This document shows, piece after piece, positions 21,826 to 29,416 of a DNA stretch of 64,000 nt. The translations under genes and the position numbers were made by a program. The stretch's first letter is position 1. The number at the start of each line of letters is the position of its first letter. This DNA comes from an uncultured Rhodospirillaceae bacterium (lineage in GTDB: Bacteria; Pseudomonadota; Alphaproteobacteria; Rhodospirillales; Defluviicoccaceae): NCBI GenBank assembly GCA_964619055.1, contig CAZUDB010000002.1, forward strand, positions 29,723 to 93,722, written 5' to 3'. The notes beneath the pieces were generated by a model. That model was not told the origin of the DNA. It ran no database searches and saw only the letters and a list, made by a program, of their open reading frames with translations.

Positions 21826-23665
21826 TAAGGTCGACCTGTATCACGTCAATGGACAGGGGCGGGCCTGCGATTTCCTCACTGCTCAACCACCGCGCCGCCA
21901 GCCAGGTGTTGTCAGCGATGCCAAGCTGGCCGCGGAGAAAGAAGCCTTTGGCATTGGTGCCGCCCAAGTGAAAATCCGAGTCTGTAAAGCCGTCAACCGC
22001 CGCGTCGCTTTCCAGATACTTGTAGCCGATACCAAACTTCCAGTCCCACAACTCATCAATTTTCGGATACCCGACGGAAAGCTGCACAGTGAAACCTTGG
22101 GAGCCTACATCAGCGTCCTCCACGGGCACAGTCTGGCTGTTATGAACAAGAACAAGCCCACCGCTTGAGGCCAGCTTGTTCTTATTGAACGACAGATTAT
22201 TGACGTACTCGGCATCAAAAATCACGTGGATTGGAGTAAACTTCGTATAATCAAACTTGAGATTGAGTGCCAAGATGTTGAAACCCGTGGCAAGGCCGAA
22301 ATATTGCGGATTGCCAAACAGCGCTTGGTCCGCGGGAGATATGTTTCGCAGGGCAAAGAGGGTGTTACCCTTTTGAGAGAATTGCTGCCGCGTGATATCC
22401 GTCGGGCAATCGTCGTTTTGGAACGCCAGTTCGCAATCGCCAAGCTTGCCTCTCATATTGCTGAAGAAGTAATTAGCGATACCAAAGCCGACTTCGAGGT
22501 CTTCCCGTACATCGAAATCGACACCGATTTGTGATCCAATTAAATAGCGGTTGCGGCTGTCTTCTTTCTCGAGTCGAACGGACGAGAAGTTGAAGGCGGT
22601 GTTGTAAACCGGAAATCCGCCCACCGTGAAAAAGGGTCGTATCTGCGGGGTGGCTTCGAATTGGCCGCTGACCGAGAGGCCGTCAAACTGCACGTCGTCA
22701 TCCCAGATCAGGTTTGTGCGGAAGAACGGGTTCGGGGCCCGGCCCACGTCGATCGTCACCTCATCGATGGGCTTGAAGCGGAGATAGGCCTGATCCAGCC
22801 AGATCTGATACTTGCTGAAGTTACCGCCTTGGGCTCGCGAAGAGGCCGAGCCAAGGGTTTGGTTCGTCGACACCGGGCCGTTGTCGCTACCCGTCGCCAG
22901 TCTGATCCGGGTGGTCACGGGGTCGGCGATCTTGGCTTCCAGACCGACGCGAGCGCGAAGGCGGAAGAGCTGACGGTCCTCAGTCGTGTTGAATGTGGGC
23001 GGAATATCGACAGCCGCCGTATTGAATGGTGTCGGTACGAGGATCGGGTCGCCGGTATTAATCTCGTTCACATCGATAAAGTTGTTGAAGTTCTCGCTTC
23101 CAAAAAAGACCTGTTCGAAGCGGAAGCGAACATCGCCAAACAGCTTGATCCTGGAGGTCCACTCCGGAAACGAGTCCGGGGCGGCCCAACTTTGCGCGCG
23201 GGCCTCGATGAGCACGTCCTGCTTGATATCTTCTGTGATCTGGCGTTTGACCGGTTCAGGAATATAGGGAACGCGTACGGTGCCCGGGTCGGCCAGAACC
23301 ACGCCCACCGGCCGGCCCGCAGCGGCCTCCGCCTGCGCTTGTGCCAACAGGGCCTGTGCTGTTGCCTCGTCGATTACCTTGTTCTGCACGAGAAGGCGGA
23401 TCAGGTTCATGACAACCGTCTCGGACTGCGATGGCGAAAAGGGCGTTGGCGCCACCGGAGGTTCCGTCGGCGGCAGGCTCAATCCGGGTGGCTCAAATGG
23501 CTCCGTGATCACGGTGCTGGGATCGGGGATGCCTTGCCCATATCCCGGCGTGATCGTGGCGATGAAAAGAAGCCCGGCGATCGTTCCGGTCCACACCCTC
23601 AGACCGCACGTTCCTGGCTGCTGACGTCGGTCCTTGCCCGTCGCCGGCCGTCGTTGTTCGGCCAT
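21812..23665 (-). CDS. Putative outer-membrane porin-like beta-barrel protein
   Basis: ORF 21812..23761 was trimmed to MAEQRRP at 23665, which has a GAGAGGGGAG SD. It has a hydrophobic leader, a Pro-rich segment, a helical LIRLLVQNKVIDEATAQALL segment and then long alternating aromatic/polar beta-strand patterns. The C-terminus ends in ...DLNARF. Confidence 0.6.
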   Translation of the reverse strand: MAEQRRPATGKDRRQQPGTCGLRVWTGTIAGLLFIATITPGYGQGIPDPSTVITEPFEPPGLSLPPTEPPVAPTPFSPSQSETVVMNLIRLLVQNKVIDEATAQALLAQAQAEAAAGRPVGVVLADPGTVRVPYIPEPVKRQITEDIKQDVLIEARAQSWAAPDSFPEWTSRIKLFGDVRFRFEQVFFGSENFNNFIDVNEINTGDPILVPTPFNTAAVDIPPTFNTTEDRQLFRLRARVGLEAKIADPVTTRIRLATGSDNGPVSTNQTLGSASSRAQGGNFSKYQIWLDQAYLRFKPIDEVTIDVGRAPNPFFRTNLIWDDDVQFDGLSVSGQFEATPQIRPFFTVGGFPVYNTAFNFSSVRLEKEDSRNRYLIGSQIGVDFDVREDLEVGFGIANYFFSNMRGKLGDCELAFQNDDCPTDITRQQFSQKGNTLFALRNISPADQALFGNPQYFGLATGFNILALNLKFDYTKFTPIHVIFDAEYVNNLSFNKNKLASSGGLVLVHNSQTVPVEDADVGSQGFTVQLSVGYPKIDELWDWKFGIGYKYLESDAAVDGFTDSDFHLGGTNAKGFFLRGQLGIADNTWLAARWLSSEEIAGPPLSIDVIQVDLNARF

Positions 23666-23767
23666 CCGTACTCCCCTCTCTTGTCCTGACCGCCCGCTGG
23701 CCGCGGGCGAATTGGTCCCGTCAAGGTTGGTTTGACGGCGGCGCACGATGGCACCGCCCATGGCGAT

Positions 23768-24493
23768 CTATCCCGCGGTTGCGGCCCGCGCTGCGGTGCG
23801 GATTTTGACGTGCACCAATCCCGAGGACGACAGCAGGTCCTGGGGCGGGGGCCGGTCCAGGACCACGCCTTGCAAGGCCTGTCCCGCCAGCACCGTATCG
23901 ATTTCCGGAACGCCCGTGCTTTCCAACAGCTGGACACGGACAATTCGTCCCGATGAATCAACCCAAACATCCATTCGGGTCCCCCTGAACTGCGAAAAGC
24001 GCAGCTTGTCGTGGCGGCGGATGGCCGATGTAATGCTGCGCTGGACGACGCCGGCATACCACCGCTCGGCCGTTGCGCCGCCCTGACCATCGCGGCCAAG
24101 GCGCGACCCACCGGGCCGGCCGACGAGCCCGAACGCATCACCGGGTCCGGTTCCTTCGGCATCAATGCCCAGATCGCCGGCTGGCGGCGGCTCGTCCAAC
24201 TGCTCAATGGGCTCGGGCTCCAGGGGCTCCGGCTCCTGAATTTCGGGCTCGACGATTTCCTCCTCCTCGGGGGGCGGCGGTTCCTCCTCCACTTCGGGCG
24301 GCGGCGGCGGCGGTGGAGTGTTGAGAAGCGTCACCATCTGCTCTGGCGGGGGGGCTGTCGGCTGCGAGTCCTGAAGGGTCGAGACGAAGACCAGCAGTAG
24401 GGCAGCGGAACCTCCGCCCAAGACCAGCGTGATCAAGCCGAGCATATTGCGCTGCAGCCAGTTGCCTCGCTGTTCCTCGTCCGTGTCCAGCAT
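23768..24493 (-). CDS. tonB: Energy transducer TonB
   Basis: 241 aa with an N-terminal TM, a Pro/Glu-rich rod (PPPPPPPEVEEEPPPPEEEE...EPEPLEPEPIE) and a C-terminal TonB_C-like domain. Confidence 0.8.
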   Translation of the reverse strand: MLDTDEEQRGNWLQRNMLGLITLVLGGGSAALLLVFVSTLQDSQPTAPPPEQMVTLLNTPPPPPPPEVEEEPPPPEEEEIVEPEIQEPEPLEPEPIEQLDEPPPAGDLGIDAEGTGPGDAFGLVGRPGGSRLGRDGQGGATAERWYAGVVQRSITSAIRRHDKLRFSQFRGTRMDVWVDSSGRIVRVQLLESTGVPEIDTVLAGQALQGVVLDRPPPQDLLSSSGLVHVKIRTAARAATAG

Positions 24494-24522
24494 GGCTATA
24501 AACGTCCCGTCCTCGCCTGACC

Positions 24523-24930
24523 TCAGCCGCTTGTGAGGGCCTTGGTGGCCAAACCGATTTTGGTGATGTCCAAGCGCGCGAGCAGGTCGAGAACATCAAT
24601 GACAAGCTGATACGCGGTGTCACCGTCGCCCTTGACAACCACTGGGAACTCCCCCTCGGCCGCTTGGGCCGTACGAAGGCGGCTTTCCAGTTCGCTCAGC
24701 GTCACGGCATAGGTGTCGAGGAAGATTGTCCCATCCCGCGTCACCACGATCGCCTTTGTGCTCGGCTTACCAAGGTTTGGTGCCTCGCTCGCTTTCGGCA
24801 AATCGACCCGGATGCCCTGGATCGCTACCGTTGTCATGATGATGAAAATGATCAGCAACACGTAGGCAAGATCGAGCATCGGCGTGATGTTGATCTCGTC
24901 GTACGGTTTCTCTTCATCCTGCTGTTTCAT
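24523..24930 (-). CDS. exbD: Biopolymer transport protein ExbD/TolR
   Basis: 135 aa. The sequence EINITPMLDLAYVLLIIFIIM followed by a periplasmic domain is the typical ExbD architecture. Confidence 0.85.
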   Translation of the reverse strand: MKQQDEEKPYDEINITPMLDLAYVLLIIFIIMTTVAIQGIRVDLPKASEAPNLGKPSTKAIVVTRDGTIFLDTYAVTLSELESRLRTAQAAEGEFPVVVKGDGDTAYQLVIDVLDLLARLDITKIGLATKALTSG

Positions 24931-24935
24931 CGGAT

Positions 24936-27032
24936 CTATTCCGCGGCAATGCGATCGTCGTTCGCATAACGATCGGGAGCGAACGTCTCGGCGAGCCGGG
25001 TGACGAACTCATCGATGAAGACCTGCATGTCCGCCTGGACGGTCTTGATGCGCGTCAGCAGGTAGTTGTACCCAAACAGGGCGGGAATGGCGACGGCGAG
25101 ACCGGCGACCGTGGCTGTGAGGGCCGCCGCAACACCCGGGGCGATGGCATTGATGTTGACTTCTCCCACAGCGGCGATGCCGGCAAACGTGATCATGACG
25201 CCGATACAAGTGCCGAATAGCCCGAGAAATGGTCCGCCGGAGATGGCGATGGTCAGCATCACCATCATGCGGTTGAGCTTCTGGGATTCCATTACCATCC
25301 GGCCGTCGATCCGTGCACGCACGGCGGCTAGCATCTGGGGGCTCAGGATCAGGCCACTCTGAGCGTCCGCCTGTTGGCGGCTGCGGCGATTGACGCGTCC
25401 ACGCAACTCGAGACAGCCGGACGAATAAAGCCGGTAAAGCGATGATGACCGCAGTTTTCGTTTGGTTTTGGCTGGCAGCTCCTGGCCGCCGCCTAGAAGC
25501 TGGTCCGGGTCCATGGTTTCGAGCAGATCGAGATCATTGGCGACCTTCTCGAACGTGGCGCGAAACACGTCGTTGGCTTTGTCTTGCCGGCTCACGAACA
25601 CGCCTTTGGCATACATAACGACCCAACTGATGACCGCCATGACGAACAGGATGGCGATAACCACCCATCCGTCAAAGGTCACAGATTTGAGGATGATGGC
25701 GAAGTAACCAGTGAGCCAGCTTGAGGATTCCTCTTCGACGGCAAGCGTGACGAGACCGGTCTCCGTTCCTTCCGAAGCGACCATGCCCGCAATTTCCGTG
25801 GGCGTGCGCGCCACCCGTGCAATGCGGAGCTCGTCGATCTCGCCAACAAAGCCCGTTGTGCTGGGTGTGGCTTGGGCAGGCTGCGTAGTGGGCGAGGGGG
25901 TGGCTGCCGTGGCGGGCGGTGCCGTCGTTGGGTCGCCCGCCTCCGACGTGGCTGGTTCGGCAGCGGCGGTGTCCGCCTCAGGGGTCTCTGGACTTGGTTC
26001 TGCCGTCGCGTCGTTGACCTCAGCCGGTGCCGCTGCCACGTCTGCGGGTGCTGCCGCTACGCGTGGCGCCGGCGCAAACGGGTCTCCGCCAAGGGTGATC
26101 GGGCCGCCGATGCCCGGGAACGTGGCCGTTACAGTGGCGGTTGGTTGGCCATCCACGTAAAGACTAACCTCATCCTCGGCACCCGTAACCGCCACGTGTT
26201 GCCACGCTCCGGGCGCCAGCGGCACATCCGACACGATGCGGATTGGACCGTCCGGTCGGCCGATCTCGACGAACGGCGTCGCGCCGTCCACACCGATCAA
26301 AAAAGAGGCCGAGCCGAAGCGACGACTAAGGACGATGGCGTTCTCGCGTCCCTCATCGACCTTCAGCCACATCGAGACCGTCAAAGGCGCGCCGTCGGGA
26401 AAGCTGAGCCACTGCGTGGCCGGGATTTCGATCGTTGTCGCCCCGTCAAACTTGGCAGCGTTACCGATCTGGCCGGCGGGACTAGCCAATCCCGGCGTCG
26501 CGGCGTGATTGCCGTACTCTGTCGAGTCCAGTGGCGGCTCACCTAACTCGGAGAAGTGATAGACCAGGACCGTATCGGCATCGAAGGTCTGAGCCGGATT
26601 TCCCACGGCCGCAGCTTCCGGATTGCCATAGTACACCCAGAGGTCTTGGGTGGTTCCCGGCTGGATATCGCGGCCGTCCAGCCAAACGAGCCCGATGCCC
26701 TGCAAGGCATCATACTTTTCAATGTGAAAGGTGACGGGGGTCTCTGCATCGTCGGCGGTGACAAAGCGGATGTCGATGCCGTTTTCATGGGCTCGGAAGA
26801 AGGGAAACGCCGGATCGGACAGCCGGACCAAAAGCGGTATGCGCTCAATGGCCCCATCAACGGGCGGAGTGACGGCTGTGGTGTCGACCGTAATACGCTT
26901 TCGCAGCGGCCAAGCATCGTCCCACCAAGCATGGGCGACGCTCGTTAGCGCCATGCCGATCGCCAGGACTAACCAAAACAATCGCTGGGCGGCGACGGCC
27001 CGCGTGCGGTCCATAATACGATGGCTTGCCAT
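24936..27032 (-). CDS. exbB: MotA/TolQ/ExbB proton-channel protein with N-terminal periplasmic DUF2341 + LamG (concanavalin-like lectin) modules
   Basis: 698 aa. After the signal/TM it reads WWDDAWPLRKRITVD, the typical DUF2341 start. A LamG-like region follows (LSFPDGAPLTVSMWLKV...WQHVAVTG...VSLYVDG...GEIDELRIARVART), interrupted by an Ala/Pro/Thr-rich tract. Then come three TMs with the MotA_ExbB core (GGPFLGLFGTCIGVMITF...AAALTATVAGLAVAIPALFGYNYL). Confidence 0.8.
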   Translation of the reverse strand: MASHRIMDRTRAVAAQRLFWLVLAIGMALTSVAHAWWDDAWPLRKRITVDTTAVTPPVDGAIERIPLLVRLSDPAFPFFRAHENGIDIRFVTADDAETPVTFHIEKYDALQGIGLVWLDGRDIQPGTTQDLWVYYGNPEAAAVGNPAQTFDADTVLVYHFSELGEPPLDSTEYGNHAATPGLASPAGQIGNAAKFDGATTIEIPATQWLSFPDGAPLTVSMWLKVDEGRENAIVLSRRFGSASFLIGVDGATPFVEIGRPDGPIRIVSDVPLAPGAWQHVAVTGAEDEVSLYVDGQPTATVTATFPGIGGPITLGGDPFAPAPRVAAAPADVAAAPAEVNDATAEPSPETPEADTAAAEPATSEAGDPTTAPPATAATPSPTTQPAQATPSTTGFVGEIDELRIARVARTPTEIAGMVASEGTETGLVTLAVEEESSSWLTGYFAIILKSVTFDGWVVIAILFVMAVISWVVMYAKGVFVSRQDKANDVFRATFEKVANDLDLLETMDPDQLLGGGQELPAKTKRKLRSSSLYRLYSSGCLELRGRVNRRSRQQADAQSGLILSPQMLAAVRARIDGRMVMESQKLNRMMVMLTIAISGGPFLGLFGTCIGVMITFAGIAAVGEVNINAIAPGVAAALTATVAGLAVAIPALFGYNYLLTRIKTVQADMQVFIDEFVTRLAETFAPDRYANDDRIAAE

Positions 27033-28670
27033 CTACAAACCAGCCGAGAGCGTGAAAACCACGTTCTTCTCGTCCTCTTCCTCAAGGCCGACCCGGGTAA
27101 TGGGGAAAGCAATGTCGACGGAACCGCTGACCGTATCGAACAGATCAAATCGTGTGCCAATGCCGGCGCTGAGCAGCCGGAAATTGGCGATTTGCTCGGG
27201 TAGCGGATCGATCACCTTTGCGTCGGCCCCATCCAAAAATGCATAAAAGCGCCACTCATCGACAACATCCAGGCCAGCCAAGTCGTTGACGATCGGAGCA
27301 AGGGAAGGAGCGCGCAATTCGAAGCCGCCGAAAATGCCCTCGTCGGCAAGCGCGGATGACTCGAAGAACCCGCGCACTGTGGTCAGCCCACCGAGAGATA
27401 GCTGCTCATTGATGATCAAGGGGCTACCGGCAAGTTGGCCGCCGACCCGCCCCTGGATTTGAATGTCGTAGGGTAAGGTGTGCGTGTGCTCAAGTCCAGC
27501 TTTTAGATATATGAATGACGGATTTGCGCCAAATCGGTTGCGCTGCACTTCTGTGGCATCGCTGCCCAATTGCCCAAACCCGAAGATAGCATCGACACTA
27601 AATAATGTAGATGAGTTGAGCGTGGTCAGTGCTGCAAAATATGAAAGGGTTCCTGGAAAGTACTTTACGGGGACATCATCTTGTGTGATTTCAAATTCGT
27701 CGGTGAATTCTTTATATTGCAGCGTTACTGAAACATTGTGGAAGAAATCGGGCGCTCCCGGCAAGTCCCAGATCGCACGGGTGCCGATGGAGAAGCCGTC
27801 GCCGATTACGCTAGCATCACCTGCAGACACGACATCGCTGTCCGACGAAAAGCCGAATGCTTCGACGCTTAGGCCTGGAACGATTGGAATGGGCGCGGTG
27901 TAGGACGCGGAGAAGAACTCCGAGTCCAGTCTCCGTTGCGGTGCAACCTGGTAAAACAACCGCAGCGAGTGATCGAGCTGAAATAAGTTATCGTAGCGCA
28001 CCAGCGCGTTGAGGCGGAGCGGTTTGGTCGTGCTGGTGTTGCGGTTGTTTAGTTCCAAGCGGGCGTGTAGCGGCAGGCGTTCATCGACAACCAAGTCCAC
28101 GTCGAAGCTCCGGGCTTCTACGTCCGGCTGCCCTGGAACGAACTGAACTTCGCGGTCACCTGTGTTGAGGGCGGCAATCTCCAGGATCGCCTGTGACAGG
28201 TCGGGGACTGAGCCTTCGGCGAGCGAGGGCACACCATCCTTGATGGCTTGCGGTGTTGTGTAGCGGGCGTTTCGCACGCGCAACCGTCCCACCCGAAACT
28301 CGGTGACCTCGATCCGGATCACGCCCGAGCGAAAGTCCTGGTCCAGCGGCACTGTCACCGCGACCACCTGACGTCCGCTATCCAGGTAAGCCTCTTCGAT
28401 GGATGCCCGCGCCGCTTCCACATCCGCGTCCGTTTTGCCTGGGCCGAGGAAAGGATAAACAATCGTCTCGATCAGCGGGGCGGGGAGCGCCGTGACGCCC
28501 GTGACAGCCACCTCGTAAATGTCAAACTGCGAGGAAGCCAAGGCGGTTTCGGGCTGTGCGCGCGTACTGCCATTCGCGAACGCGGTCGCACACAATACGA
28601 GGACCGCAATGCACAACGACCGGGCTGACGCGGTCCTAACTTGAAGCGGCATGGCCTTAATACCCCGCAT
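27033..28670 (-). CDS. ShlB/FhaC/HecB-type two-partner-secretion transporter (TpsB, Omp85 superfamily)
   Basis: 545 aa with a signal peptide and a POTRA-like region (YEVAVTGVTALPAPLIETIVYPFLG...IRIEVTEFRVGRLRV), followed by a 16-strand-type barrel region. Its stop abuts the exbB-like start (27033/27032). Confidence 0.72.
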   Translation of the reverse strand: MRGIKAMPLQVRTASARSLCIAVLVLCATAFANGSTRAQPETALASSQFDIYEVAVTGVTALPAPLIETIVYPFLGPGKTDADVEAARASIEEAYLDSGRQVVAVTVPLDQDFRSGVIRIEVTEFRVGRLRVRNARYTTPQAIKDGVPSLAEGSVPDLSQAILEIAALNTGDREVQFVPGQPDVEARSFDVDLVVDERLPLHARLELNNRNTSTTKPLRLNALVRYDNLFQLDHSLRLFYQVAPQRRLDSEFFSASYTAPIPIVPGLSVEAFGFSSDSDVVSAGDASVIGDGFSIGTRAIWDLPGAPDFFHNVSVTLQYKEFTDEFEITQDDVPVKYFPGTLSYFAALTTLNSSTLFSVDAIFGFGQLGSDATEVQRNRFGANPSFIYLKAGLEHTHTLPYDIQIQGRVGGQLAGSPLIINEQLSLGGLTTVRGFFESSALADEGIFGGFELRAPSLAPIVNDLAGLDVVDEWRFYAFLDGADAKVIDPLPEQIANFRLLSAGIGTRFDLFDTVSGSVDIAFPITRVGLEEEDEKNVVFTLSAGL

Positions 28671-28795
28671 CGGCCAAGGACGGCTCGGCGGTTGAGCGAG
28701 ATGGATGCCAAGATGGGCGGATCACGTTCACGCCCTTTGGCCAGGGCTGTCTAAACCTGTTTTCGTGCCCATACAAGCGTATGTTCACTCATAAT

Positions 28796-28813
28796 ATGAC
28801 AATTGTGTTACAG
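28796..28813 (-). promoter_or_regulatory. Candidate Pho box for the minus-strand TpsB/TonB operon
   Basis: The minus strand reads CTGTAAC-acaa-TTGTCAT, scoring 5/7 and 6/7 against the CTGTCAT direct-repeat consensus with 11-bp phasing. It lies about 125-140 nt upstream of the tpsB-like start. No convincing -10 follows it. Confidence 0.3.
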
Positions 28814-29185
28814 TAACGTGTACTTCGAGGGTATTAACCTTCATGTTGAACACGTTGTGATCATAGTAAACTGATTCGCGCCGTATATATTTAATAGCTT
28901 AACATACTCGACAGGTTGGTCTTTTCTTGGCTACTGCGTCGCAAAGTGCCTTGCCATCATAGTATAGTAATTCCGGGTGATCGCATGCTAATGGAAGAGG
29001 ACATCAAGCTTCATGCCATGATGTAACCGTGGCGGAAGCTCGCGCTTTCGATCACAGACTGTACAACCCAAGTGGCGTTCACCGCGGTTGTGTTTTCTTT
29101 TGACATTAAATCACCCCCATTTGGGGAATTCTTCTGATATTGTTTTCTGAGCATCGGCTACACTGTCGCGACATTTTAAACTGAC

Positions 29186-29231
29186 TTATCATAAACCTGT
29201 CACCGAGATGTCATCGAGTCTGCAGTAAGAT
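29186..29231 (+). promoter_or_regulatory. Pho box (three 11-bp-phased CTGTCAT-like repeats) plus -10 element upstream of the PstS-like gene
   Basis: TTATCAT (29186), CTGTCAC (29197) and ATGTCAT (29208) are spaced exactly 11 bp apart with A-rich spacers. TAAGAT at 29226-29231 lies 11 nt after the last repeat. Extra CTGTCGC (29163) and CTGACTT (29181) copies sit upstream. Confidence 0.55.
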
Positions 29232-29416
29232 GCTGACTGCGGATGCGCGATTCAGCGGGTGGATTCACTGAAAAACTCAATCGCGACCTTGGTCACGCAA
29301 TGTTGTGTTGAAAAGCAAAGTCATCGTGGGCTGAGCGAATGTTTATCAGCGACGGCAGGCTGAATTGCGATCTGCACTTGGACGATGAATTGAATTTTGG
29401 TCAACTTGGGAGAAAT

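Noticed and set aside
23599-24638. Alternative-frame ORFs over tonB (23599..24207 and 24204..24638, minus strand) and plus-strand ORFs 24011..24400 and 24073..24324.
   Set aside because: These are shadow frames of the Pro/Glu-rich TonB rod. The TonB frame has the TM, the Pro-rich linker and the conserved C-terminal domain.
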